Assembly (NCBI GenBank): GCA_016176505.1
Contig: JACOXB010000006.1
Span: 7,240 to 71,239, forward strand
DNA: 64,000 bases
DNA from: Candidatus Colwellbacteria bacterium
Lineage (GTDB): Bacteria > Patescibacteriota > Minisyncoccia > UBA6257 > Colwellbacteraceae
Reading direction: 5' to 3'
Positions 38,389 to 46,985 of this stretch are shown here, piece by piece (the stretch's first letter is position 1; each line of letters opens with the position of its first letter). The position numbers and the translations under genes are program-made. The notes beneath the pieces were generated by a model. That model was not told where the DNA came from and searched no databases. It saw nothing but the letters and a program-made list of their open reading frames with translations.

Positions 38389-38955
38389 ATGGATAATTTC
38401 GAATTTTTTATTAGGAATACTTCTATAAATATAAGAGAGCTTAGGGATAAAATCGGTAAGTCGTTGCTCGATCTTAGAGTAGATAATATTAAACAAATCA
38501 GAGAACTTATTAAGCAGTTTATTATAATTTCCGGTGCGATTATCGGTTTCACGATACCGGTGTTTGGAAGAACTAAACTTATCAGAACGCCAGTATTTCT
38601 TACCGGTGGACTAATAGAGCTGTTAATCGTCATGGTGTATGCCTTTTATTACCTGATGCATATTTTAGAGAGCGAAAATCAAAAGTTAGGAGAACAGCAC
38701 GAACGTTATAATAAGATTATTGATAGCCTAAGAGATAATCTGATTATTTTTGCCACGAGCGATAAGACCGAGAAAGACGCACAAAAGCAACTTGACTCCG
38801 ATAAACAAGTGTTGGATGAATTTCTATCCGAAGAGGCGGGCGACAAGGGTAATAAGAAAGATTACGCCTTAAATATTATTTTTTCTGCGTTTTTGGTCGG
38901 ACTCGTATTGATAATCTTATCAATGATAAATTTTCAGAATTTAATTTCGGATTAG
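38389..38955 (+). CDS. Multi-TM hypothetical protein
   Basis: Three hydrophobic segments, AT-rich. Confidence 0.65.
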   Translation: MDNFEFFIRNTSINIRELRDKIGKSLLDLRVDNIKQIRELIKQFIIISGAIIGFTIPVFGRTKLIRTPVFLTGGLIELLIVMVYAFYYLMHILESENQKLGEQHERYNKIIDSLRDNLIIFATSDKTEKDAQKQLDSDKQVLDEFLSEEAGDKGNKKDYALNIIFSAFLVGLVLIILSMINFQNLISD

Positions 38956-39035
38956 CATTATGGAAAAGTTAGTTTCGCTCGGATTTATATTTATCGTAGT
39001 GAGCCTGGGGTTTTACGGCCTCTAAGTTATTACAG

Positions 39036-39067
39036 ATATTATAACATTCTGCAGAATGTTATAATGT
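39036..39067. repeat. Palindromic repeat family B
   Basis: ATATTATAACATTCTGCAGAATGTTATAATGT. Confidence 0.8.
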
Positions 39068-39121
39068 TCTATTTATGACAAATTGATGGCGGAGCGGTTG
39101 TGCTATATTTAAACTATATCA

Positions 39122-39559
39122 ATGAGATGGAGCGGGAATAGGGATTTATCAAAATGGTTTATTCCCTTTATGGCTTTGTGGGGGATTTTCTTTGGCGAGT
39201 TCTTGCCGGTGTGCTTGGAGAATAGTTTTAACTGTTTCCCCAAAACAACGCCGCCAGGCGCCAAAGAGTCAATGTTCTCCGGCCTTGATATGTTCATCCC
39301 AACCGTAGTGATTTATTTTATTCTGGCTACGGTTTTCTGGTGGCTCTATCGAAAACTAGATTGGAAAATAGTCTTTGTTATAGCGATTGTGGTCGGTCAG
39401 GTTCTGGAGTTTGCCTTCTTTAGGCCCCAAGAGGGAGACGGCGTAAATGTGGTTGATAATCCGCTCTACTCATTCTTATTTTTCTTAATCATCTGGCCAA
39501 TTCTACTCGTAGCGCCATATGGCATTTTCCAGAAATTCTTTGCCAAGAAGAAGAAATAA
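39122..39559 (+). CDS. Membrane protein
   Basis: Four hydrophobic segments. Confidence 0.65.
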   Translation: MRWSGNRDLSKWFIPFMALWGIFFGEFLPVCLENSFNCFPKTTPPGAKESMFSGLDMFIPTVVIYFILATVFWWLYRKLDWKIVFVIAIVVGQVLEFAFFRPQEGDGVNVVDNPLYSFLFFLIIWPILLVAPYGIFQKFFAKKKK

Positions 39560-39579
39560 TTGAGAAATAAAATTTAAAA

Positions 39580-39780
39580 GTGGAGTTATACAGGAAAGAC
39601 GTCAAAGCCGGAATGGAGGTAGAAGTAGTGCTGAAAGAGGATCAGAGGACGGGAGAACTAACCCGCGGAATAGTGGCGGAAATTTTAACCAATTCTGAAT
39701 TTCATCCCCGGGGTATAAAAGTTCGCCTCAAGTCCGGCCAAGTCGGCCGCATCCAAAAAATCCTGCGAATGGTAGAATAA
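39580..39780 (+). CDS. YwbE (DUF2196) family protein
   Basis: LKEDQRTG.LT.G.V..ILT.S..HP.GIKVRL..GQVGR. Confidence 0.9.
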   Translation: MELYRKDVKAGMEVEVVLKEDQRTGELTRGIVAEILTNSEFHPRGIKVRLKSGQVGRIQKILRMVE

Positions 39781-39784
39781 ACGC

Positions 39785-40261
39785 ATGAAAGTTAATAGCT
39801 TTCTTAAATTACTTATCGCCATTAGTATCTCGGAATTCGCCGGAATCGTTGGCTCGTTTTTTACCGTTTCGGCAGTCCCGAACTGGTATGCCGCTCTCGA
39901 GAAACCAGTATTAAACCCGCCGAGCTGGATCTTCGGACCGGTTTGGATCATCCTCTACGCCTTAATGGGAGTTGCCGTATTTCTGGTCTGGGAGAAGGGC
40001 TGGAAGAAAAGAGAAGTTAAAAAGGCGCTTGGTGTATTTGGGATTCAGCTTTTCCTAAACGCTATCTGGTCAATCGTCTTTTTCGGTCTTCAAAATCCTT
40101 TTTGGGCTCTGATTAATATCGCCTTTCTTTGGCTCGCGATTATTTGGACAATATTTAAGTTTTATCCACTTTCGAAGCCGGCGTCATATCTACTCGCGCC
40201 CTATATCTTATGGGTTAGTTTCGCTGTATATTTAAACTACGCTATTTGGGCTCTAAATTAA
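39785..40261 (+). CDS. tspO: TspO/MBR tryptophan-rich protein
   Basis: WYAAL.KP..NPPSWIFGPVW, LN..WS..FF, PY..WV.FA. Confidence 0.9.
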   Translation: MKVNSFLKLLIAISISEFAGIVGSFFTVSAVPNWYAALEKPVLNPPSWIFGPVWIILYALMGVAVFLVWEKGWKKREVKKALGVFGIQLFLNAIWSIVFFGLQNPFWALINIAFLWLAIIWTIFKFYPLSKPASYLLAPYILWVSFAVYLNYAIWALN

Positions 40262-40270
40262 AATAGAATT

Positions 40271-40540
40271 GTGGCGGTAATTCATAAAAAATCTTGGCCG
40301 GAGCAATTTGAAGCAATCTTTTCGAGAAGGAAAAAGTTTGACCTCCGACTGGCCGATTTTGAGGCCAAGGAAGGGGATACGATAGTGTTTGAAGAATGGG
40401 ATCCGAAAAAGAAAGAATATACTGGCCGGAAAATCGAGAAGAAAATCACTTTTGTTTTTAAATTTAAGCCTGACGAGTCCCCATACCACTCCAAAGAAGA
40501 AATTCAAAAATACGGTTTTCAGATCTTTTCTCTCGAATAG
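40271..40540 (+). CDS. ASCH/DUF3850 domain protein
   Basis: KSWPEQF.AI...KKFDLR..DF...GD....EW...YTGR. Confidence 0.8.
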   Translation: MAVIHKKSWPEQFEAIFSRRKKFDLRLADFEAKEGDTIVFEEWDPKKKEYTGRKIEKKITFVFKFKPDESPYHSKEEIQKYGFQIFSLE

Positions 40541-40687
40541 GTCGCTCCCAATCATATTTGACTTTATTATCAATATAGAGTAGAATAGGCGAGTAAGTTT
40601 CTTGTTTCCCTTCCTTGCATAAAACCTATGTAAGCTTGAAGGATAAGCTAAGATAGGTCGACTTACTCTCACAATATGTAAGGAGAA

Positions 40688-40921
40688 ATGGCAAAGAAGT
40701 TGTACGTAGGCGGATTGTCCTTCATCACTGACAGAGCCACTGGCCGTTCCAAGGGTTTTGGTTTTGTTGAGATGTCTACTGACGAAGAAGCTCAGAAAGC
40801 GATTGAAATGTTCAATGGCAAAGAGCTTGACGGCAGAACAGTGACAGTCAACGAGGCCAAGCCGATGGAGGATCGTCCCCGTGGGGGCGGTGGCGGCTTC
40901 GGCGGTCGAAACCGCTGGTAG
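40688..40921 (+). CDS. RRM RNA-binding protein with apparent internal deletion
   Basis: LYVGGL (RNP2) joined almost directly to ITDR.TGRSKGFGFVEM (RNP1); Gly-rich tail. Confidence 0.75.
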   Translation: MAKKLYVGGLSFITDRATGRSKGFGFVEMSTDEEAQKAIEMFNGKELDGRTVTVNEAKPMEDRPRGGGGGFGGRNRW

Positions 40922-40975
40922 TAGAAAAGAAAAATCCCCTCGATTAAAGGGGATTTTTCTTTTAGAATTGTATTA

Positions 40976-41638
40976 ATGATAAAACTTTCGCCGTCAGCTT
41001 TAAATTTATTTCTTGAATGTCCCCGGTGTTTCTGGGCCGAGCGGGTGAGGGGAATCCATCGGCCGAATGGGCCGTTTCCGTCACTCCCTGGCGGCATTGA
41101 TAGCGTGCTTAAGAAATACTTTGATAAGTTTCGGGAAAAAGACGAACTGCCGCCGGAAATTGAAGGTAAGGTTGAAGGCAAGCTATTGAACGATCCGGTT
41201 CTCCAGATTTGGCGGCAAAATCTGAAAGGCATACGGTATTACGATAAGGAACTCGATGCCGAGCTAATGGGGGCCTTGGATGACTGCTTAATTGACGGCA
41301 GTGATTATATTGCGGTTGATTATAAAACCCGGGGCTGGCTCCCCAAAGATGATTCTCATACTTATTATCAAAACCAGCTTAATGTCTATACGCTTCTCCT
41401 CGAGAAGAACGGCTACAAGCACAAAAATTTTGCCTATCTTGTTTTCTATTCTCCAGAGGAAGTACTGGGGCAGGGGACTATCAAGTTCAATGTCGAGGTT
41501 CGAAAAGTAGAGGTTAATCCAAAAGTGGCTTATAAGGTTTTTGAAGAAGCAGTTGAAGTTTTACGCGGACCTCAGCCACCGGCGCATTCCGATTGCCAGT
41601 TTTGTTCCTGGGGAAACGACTATATTATCCTCGACTAA
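40976..41638 (+). CDS. PD-(D/E)XK nuclease (RecB/Cas4-like)
   Basis: LSPS...CPRCF, GALDD, VDYKT, Q...Y, C..C. Confidence 0.85.
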   Translation: MIKLSPSALNLFLECPRCFWAERVRGIHRPNGPFPSLPGGIDSVLKKYFDKFREKDELPPEIEGKVEGKLLNDPVLQIWRQNLKGIRYYDKELDAELMGALDDCLIDGSDYIAVDYKTRGWLPKDDSHTYYQNQLNVYTLLLEKNGYKHKNFAYLVFYSPEEVLGQGTIKFNVEVRKVEVNPKVAYKVFEEAVEVLRGPQPPAHSDCQFCSWGNDYIILD

Positions 41639-41708
41639 AAACAACTAAGGAGTATAAAAACGCGAAAGCCCCTGGACGCGGGAGCAGGAGCTCTCGCGTC
41701 CAGGGGCA

Positions 41709-42200
41709 TCAGAGGTACTGACCAGGGTGACCGGCGTCGTCGGTGGTCTTGGGCCCATCAGGGCTCTGGGTTTGGAAAGGAAACGGAATTCCCACCACGA
41801 TCGGGATCGGTCCCGATTCTGCTTTAGGTTCGGGTTCAGACCAGACTACAGTCCAGTCCTTCCGTATGCTGACTGAAGGGGTGGCCCAGAGCTCGAAGGC
41901 GGCGTCGATTGAGAGCCGGAAGACGCCGAGGATCAGCCTTGACTCGCGGCGGAGCCTGGCGGCTCTTTGCGTTAGTCGCTCTCGCTCAGCTTTGTCAGTT
42001 GAGCGGTTAGCAGCGACGAAGTTCTCGAAGCCGTCTTGATCGCGCCGGATCCCCAGGGTGTAGAGCTTCTTGAGGTCGAGGTCGGACAGTCGGCCGACGA
42101 CGTGGTCTCCGTCTTCAACTTCTGTGTCCGGCTCGATTAGATTCTCCTCGCTCATTTCCTCGAGTTCTCGCTGGATAAGCTCCAGCCAAGGTGCGCCCAT
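41709..42200 (-). CDS. GC-rich hypothetical protein
   Basis: AGGGAGG SD, TTGACA upstream, GC hairpin at ~41668-41707. Confidence 0.7.
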   Translation of the reverse strand: MGAPWLELIQRELEEMSEENLIEPDTEVEDGDHVVGRLSDLDLKKLYTLGIRRDQDGFENFVAANRSTDKAERERLTQRAARLRRESRLILGVFRLSIDAAFELWATPSVSIRKDWTVVWSEPEPKAESGPIPIVVGIPFPFQTQSPDGPKTTDDAGHPGQYL

Positions 42201-42324
42201 CGTCTTCCTCCCTTCAGAGAACTAGATTGTCAACAACAGCTACTTATTTTATAACCCAGTTTTATTGGTAATGTCAATCGTGAATAATCATGTTTACTGG
42301 GCTATTATTAAGTAAAGAGAATAA

Positions 42325-42558
42325 ATGAGGATATTTGTTAAAGCCAAGCCGAATGCTAAAGAGACGCGGATTGAGAAACTAGATGAGAATCGTTTTGCCG
42401 TAGCGGTGAAAGAGCCGCCGATTGGCGGCCGAGCTAATGTCGCGATTGAAAAGGTGATTGCTGAGCACTTTAAAGTGCCAGTCTCAAGAGTGCGGATTGT
42501 TTCCGGCCATACTTCGCGGCAAAAAGTATTCGAGATAACAGGCGAACTTTTTTGTTAG
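42325..42558 (+). CDS. DUF167/YggU family protein
   Basis: KPNAK, PP..GRAN, I.SG.TSRQK. Confidence 0.9.
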   Translation: MRIFVKAKPNAKETRIEKLDENRFAVAVKEPPIGGRANVAIEKVIAEHFKVPVSRVRIVSGHTSRQKVFEITGELFC

Positions 42559-43514
42559 TTTTTCAACCTTGAGCCGCTGTGAAATTTTTTATGGATTTCG
42601 CGCAGTTTTTTACTGGTAACGTGAGTATAAATTTGAGTGGCCGTAATGCTCTGATGTCCTAGAAATTCTTGAAGGATGCGGATGTCCACTCCTTGGCTTA
42701 AGAGATCTGTCGCGAAAGAGTGACGAAGAACATGAGGGGTAGTGTTCGCGGGTAAACCGGCGAGAAGCGCATATTTTTGGATGCTCTTCTCAATAGATCG
42801 AGCGGTAAGGCGGCGTGAGGCGCTAGACATGCTCCTATAGTTTATAAATAGGGCCTTATCATTATCAGTACGAGATTTCAGGTATCTTTTAAGCCATTGA
42901 AGCGTTCTTGACGAAAAATACACCGTACGGGCCCTACTGCCTTTGCCAACAATTCCTAGTTCTAGCTCATTTAAATTAAGTGACGATTGAATTTGTTCGC
43001 GATTTAGGGCAACCAGTTCTGATATCCGCATGCCGGTGGAAAAAAATGTTTCGAGTATGGCCCTATCTCTAAGTCCGCTCGCCTTATTCACGTTAGGAAT
43101 CGAAAATAATCTTTCAAGTTGTTCTAGCGTGAGAAAACGGACCTCTTTCTCGCCTTTATCGCGAGGTAATTTTATTTTCTCTGGCGGCAGGGCTAGAATG
43201 TCGCGCTCAGCAAAATAAGTTAATAAAGAGCGCAGGGCTATCAAATAATAAGCCTGGGTGCTTTTACTGAGCGATTTTGAAGACCGCTTGGATCGGGTCT
43301 GACGGGCGAGGTAGATTCGGTATTTCCAGACATGGTCAGGGGAGAGGTCGTGAGGTTTTAAATCAGAGAGTTTATTTTCTTTTAACCAATCTAAAAACCG
43401 ATTTAAAAACCGAGCATAATTTTCTTGAGTTTTAGATGATAAACCTTTTTGGACATCAAGCCAGTCTAAATAATCTGGAAGATGCTGGGGAAGTGGTTTT
43501 GAGCTTTTAACCAT
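42555..43514 (-). CDS. Xer-like tyrosine recombinase
   Basis: RDRAILE..FSTGMRISEL, GKG, HVLRHSFAT, LGH, TQIY. Confidence 0.9.
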   Translation of the reverse strand: MVKSSKPLPQHLPDYLDWLDVQKGLSSKTQENYARFLNRFLDWLKENKLSDLKPHDLSPDHVWKYRIYLARQTRSKRSSKSLSKSTQAYYLIALRSLLTYFAERDILALPPEKIKLPRDKGEKEVRFLTLEQLERLFSIPNVNKASGLRDRAILETFFSTGMRISELVALNREQIQSSLNLNELELGIVGKGSRARTVYFSSRTLQWLKRYLKSRTDNDKALFINYRSMSSASRRLTARSIEKSIQKYALLAGLPANTTPHVLRHSFATDLLSQGVDIRILQEFLGHQSITATQIYTHVTSKKLREIHKKFHSGSRLKN

Positions 43515-43519
43515 ATTAA

Positions 43520-43547
43520 GGGTCTATTAAGTTAAATTATGCGAACT
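43520..43547 (-). other. dif-like 28-bp site upstream of the recombinase
   Basis: AGTTCGCATAA-TTTAAC-TTAATAGACCC; left arm resembles the XerC arm. Confidence 0.45.
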
Positions 43548-43629
43548 TTATGGCTGGAGTTCAATAGGCCCTTGGGGATATCCCCTCGCCCTATTCAAAC
43601 CCCTGTTTTTGGCTCAAAATTGACCTAGA

Positions 43630-44961
43630 ATGAGTGATTTAGCCCAAAGGCGGGGTTCTGTCCATTTCATCGGAATAGGCGGGATTGGGATGAGCGCCCT
43701 TGCCCGATACTACCTCAGCCAGGGGTTTCGAGTGAGCGGCTCAGACCTCGGGGAGGCGCCGGCCGAGTTCAAGCTCGGGCATTTTAAAAAATTTAATCCC
43801 AGGCCGGATTTAGTAATTTACAGTCAAGCGATTCCATCGGATGATCCGGAGCTGATTTTAGCTCGAGAGTTGAATATCCAGACCAGAACCTATCCTCAGG
43901 CTCTGGCCGAACTCACGCGTCAGTTTAGGACAATAGCGGTGGCCGGCAGTCACGGCAAGAGCACAACCACTGCCCTACTCTCTTTAATTTTGATTCGGGC
44001 CGGACTTGACCCAACGGTTATTGTCGGTACAAAACTTAAAGAATTTGATAATAAAAACTTTCGGGCCGGCAAAAGCAATATTTTAATTATTGAGGCGGAT
44101 GAATACCAGGACGCCTTTCTAAATTACTCCCCTGCTTTAATCTTAATTACCAATATTGACCGAGAGCATCTTGATTACGCCAAACACTTCGGCAATGTTA
44201 AGAAGAGTTTTCTTAAGTTTATTAGTAACTTAGATGAAAACGGAGTTCTGGTTCTGAATCGGGATGACGCTCCCCTCCTCGAATTAGGAAACAGGAAACT
44301 AGGAGCTAGGAAAATAGATTGGTATTCACTTGAACAAGAAAAACTAGCTGAAAAAGTCAAAAAACATCTTAAAATTCCGGGAAAACATAACTTATCCAAT
44401 GCCCTCGGCGCCCTGACCGCGGCTCAGAGGCTAGGCGTCTCCGAGAAAGTAGCCCTTGAGGCCATTGCTGATTATCGTGGCGCCTGGCGCCGGATGGAAT
44501 ATCGAGGTTTATACAATATACAAAATACTAAATACGAAATACTCGTCTACGATGACTATGCTCATCATCCGACCGAAATCAAGGCGACGCTTAACGCTTT
44601 TAAAGAGGCTTTTCCGGGTCATTTTTTAATTTGTGTTTTCCAGCCGCATCAGAGCCATAGGCTCGAGATCCTATTTAAAGATTTTACCCAAGCCTTTGAT
44701 AGGGCCGATGCTTTGATTCTCCTTAATGTTTATAAGGTGGTTGGCCGCGATTCTTTAAATCCCAGTGTCGATTCTGGGAAATTGGCCGAGGCGGTCGAAA
44801 AAAGAAGGAGTGGGCCGGATCAAGTTATTCATCTTCCCTCCTTAGACAAGCTTAAAGAGACGGTTACGGGCTTAATCAAATCCCCTGCTCCGGCAATTCT
44901 TGTGATGATGGGCGCGGGTGATATTGCGGACCTAACCCCACAGTTAGTATCGCGTATATAG
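43630..44961 (+). CDS. murC: UDP-N-acetylmuramate--L-alanine ligase
   Basis: GIGGIGMS, GSHGKSTT, EADE, DREHLD, DDYAHHPTEI, FQPH. Confidence 0.95.
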   Translation: MSDLAQRRGSVHFIGIGGIGMSALARYYLSQGFRVSGSDLGEAPAEFKLGHFKKFNPRPDLVIYSQAIPSDDPELILARELNIQTRTYPQALAELTRQFRTIAVAGSHGKSTTTALLSLILIRAGLDPTVIVGTKLKEFDNKNFRAGKSNILIIEADEYQDAFLNYSPALILITNIDREHLDYAKHFGNVKKSFLKFISNLDENGVLVLNRDDAPLLELGNRKLGARKIDWYSLEQEKLAEKVKKHLKIPGKHNLSNALGALTAAQRLGVSEKVALEAIADYRGAWRRMEYRGLYNIQNTKYEILVYDDYAHHPTEIKATLNAFKEAFPGHFLICVFQPHQSHRLEILFKDFTQAFDRADALILLNVYKVVGRDSLNPSVDSGKLAEAVEKRRSGPDQVIHLPSLDKLKETVTGLIKSPAPAILVMMGAGDIADLTPQLVSRI

Positions 44962-44980
44962 TATTATGTATACCGTATAG

Positions 44981-45748
44981 ATGTATTTTCGGGACGAAAA
45001 TCATTTTAAGGGAACCAATGGTTATGTGATTGACGATGTTTGGTATCCCCGCGTAACCGCGATTGTTAATATCAAAGCCAAACCGGCGCTTTACCGCTTT
45101 TACGCTGAACTTGAAGATTTTGCTGCTGGCGAGGCCATTAAAAAAAAGTCGGCTGATGAGGGCACGAGAGTTCACGAAACAGCTGAGGCGATTTTAGTTG
45201 GCGATCAGCCGATTGTGACCCCGGATATTGCGCCGGCGATAGAGGCTTTTCGGAAATTTCTTGGCGAGCGGAATGTCCAGGTTGACCGCGACTGGGTTGA
45301 GAAAAGAATTATTAACTACAGCGAACGTTATGCCGGCACGATTGACGCCCTGGCTTTAATCGACGGTAAGTTCGGCTTAATAGATATTAAAACCTCGCAA
45401 GCTATTTATCGCGATTATAATCTTCAGACTGCGGCTTATCTTCCTCCCCTTTTAGATCAGTTTCGTAATCTTCAGACCCGCTGGATTTTAAGAATTGATC
45501 AGATCCAAAAATGTTTAAAATGCGGTGCTATTCGCCGAGTGAAAGGCGGCCGCGAAAAAATCAGGACTCAATTTAATAATGGTACCAAGTCTTGTATTGA
45601 ATCAGAACATGAGTGGTCAGAACTGGCGGGAGAAGTTGAGCTAAAAGAATTCCCCTACTGGCAGGATGATTATCAGGCTTTCCTTAGCGCTAAAAAACTT
45701 TGGGAATGGGAAAATGATTATTGGCTGAAATTGATCGGTTATCTTTGA
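44981..45748 (+). CDS. PD-(D/E)XK nuclease-like protein
   Basis: PRVT.I, GT.VH, YAGTID, DIKTS, LQ.AAY. Confidence 0.8.
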   Translation: MYFRDENHFKGTNGYVIDDVWYPRVTAIVNIKAKPALYRFYAELEDFAAGEAIKKKSADEGTRVHETAEAILVGDQPIVTPDIAPAIEAFRKFLGERNVQVDRDWVEKRIINYSERYAGTIDALALIDGKFGLIDIKTSQAIYRDYNLQTAAYLPPLLDQFRNLQTRWILRIDQIQKCLKCGAIRRVKGGREKIRTQFNNGTKSCIESEHEWSELAGEVELKEFPYWQDDYQAFLSAKKLWEWENDYWLKLIGYL

Positions 45749-45825
45749 CAATAGGGCGCTTTTATTGTTAGGATTCTCCTGTAGTTCTTCGATAGCGCTT
45801 CGATAATAAGGGAGGAAGGGATTAG

Positions 45826-46137
45826 ATGGGCAGTGTCGTGGAAGATGCGATCATTCAGCAGTTCACGAGAGTCTTCGGCGAGGAGAGCGTCGTCTACTTG
45901 ATGGGCGGCGAATCCAAAGAAGTGGCGGTCAGGAAGATGCAGCTCGCTTCAGAGCTCGCTCGCGAACTCGCCCGACAGAATGTCAGTGAACCAGTGATCT
46001 CAACCTGGTTTACAAGAGAAAGTCCGAGGCTCGACGGCCAGAAGCCGCTCGAGTTTCTGGCGGAGAAGTCGGTTCAGGAGGCCCGGGCAGAGCTCTGGGA
46101 ACTGGTTAGGGCTGGGATCGACTACGATAAGATGTAG
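45826..46137 (+). CDS. Xre/MbcA/ParS-type antitoxin C-terminal-domain protein
   Basis: WF......L.G..PL motif; strong SD. Confidence 0.6.
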   Translation: MGSVVEDAIIQQFTRVFGEESVVYLMGGESKEVAVRKMQLASELARELARQNVSEPVISTWFTRESPRLDGQKPLEFLAEKSVQEARAELWELVRAGIDYDKM

Positions 46138-46145
46138 GAGGTGCG

Positions 46146-46463
46146 ATGAATAATTCTCCGGTGCCGGTAATTGAGGTTGAGGAGTTGAGGTACGGCAGGA
46201 TAAAGTACCAGGTAACGGCTTTGGTCTGGCCGAACCTCTGGCTGCGTTACGCGCGGACTTGGCACGGGGCGATTCGCCTCGTCGAAGAGTTCGGCAGGAG
46301 GCTGGAAGCTCGGGGTGTGCGCGTCATCGGCATCGGGGTGTATCTCGCGAGGCCTCCCGCCACCTGGACGCCGTCGACGCCGTTGCCGGGCGGCCGGGAA
46401 GCTCCGATCCGTGGCGGGCCTGGTCAACCATACCCTCCGGGCATGCTGGAGGAGAAGGAGTAG
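46146..46463 (+). CDS. GC-rich hypothetical protein with Pro-rich tail
   Basis: AGGAGGT SD; hairpin immediately after the stop. Confidence 0.6.
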   Translation: MNNSPVPVIEVEELRYGRIKYQVTALVWPNLWLRYARTWHGAIRLVEEFGRRLEARGVRVIGIGVYLARPPATWTPSTPLPGGREAPIRGGPGQPYPPGMLEEKE

Positions 46464-46499
46464 CTTCATCCTCTTGGGGTGAAGCTACTCCAAGAGGAT

Positions 46500-46652
46500 C
46501 TACGGTGTTATATTATTTTCAATAATAATCGGCGTTTGCTGCCAGTCTCGGCCAATAAGATAACCAATACCAAAGCTTAAAAGACTAATTAAGAATACTA
46601 AGAGCGCTATTTGGACATAGGGCTTTTTTATTAAATTACGAATTCTTGACAT
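46500..46652 (-). CDS. Small single-TM protein (50 aa; not in ORF track)
   Basis: MSRIRNLIKKPYVQIALLVFLISLLSFGIGYLIGRDWQQTPIIIENNITP. Confidence 0.6.
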   Translation of the reverse strand: MSRIRNLIKKPYVQIALLVFLISLLSFGIGYLIGRDWQQTPIIIENNITP

Positions 46653-46703
46653 CAGGTTAATTCTACTAGATACTAGCTTCTAGATTCTAGCTTCTCGAGA
46701 AAT

Positions 46704-46985
46704 ATGGCCAAGACTAAAGCAGGGGGGACAACTAAGTTAGGCCGAGATTCGGCCTCGAAACGTTTAGGCGTGAAGCGCTATGATGGCCAAATGGTCGTGC
46801 CGGGTGAAATTTTAATTCGCCAGCGCGGGACCAAATTTCTACCTGGCCGTAATGTGGCTCGAGGGGCTGATGATACTCTTTACGCGAAAGTTGGCGGTTT
46901 AGTTAAATTTACAACTAGGCGGAAAACCCGTTTTGACGGGAAAAAGAGAATCGTTAAAGCGATTGAGATTCAACCAAGATCGTAA
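46704..46985 (+). CDS. rpmA: 50S ribosomal protein L27
   Basis: [21 protein letters not shown]. Confidence 0.95.
   Translation: MAKTKAGGTTKLGRDSASKRLGVKRYDGQMVVPGEILIRQRGTKFLPGRNVARGADDTLYAKVGGLVKFTTRRKTRFDGKKRIVKAIEIQPRS

Noticed and set aside
42555-43514. Integron integrase or prophage integrase
   Set aside because: Xer-like size and housekeeping context; no attC array or phage genes nearby.
44281-44315. Additional heptamer tract in murC (LGNRKLGARK)
   Set aside because: Periodicity is broken by an extra base; too weak to count.
40976-45748. CRISPR-Cas suggested by Cas4-like/PD-(D/E)XK nucleases
   Set aside because: No repeat-spacer array or other cas genes; these look like solo nucleases.
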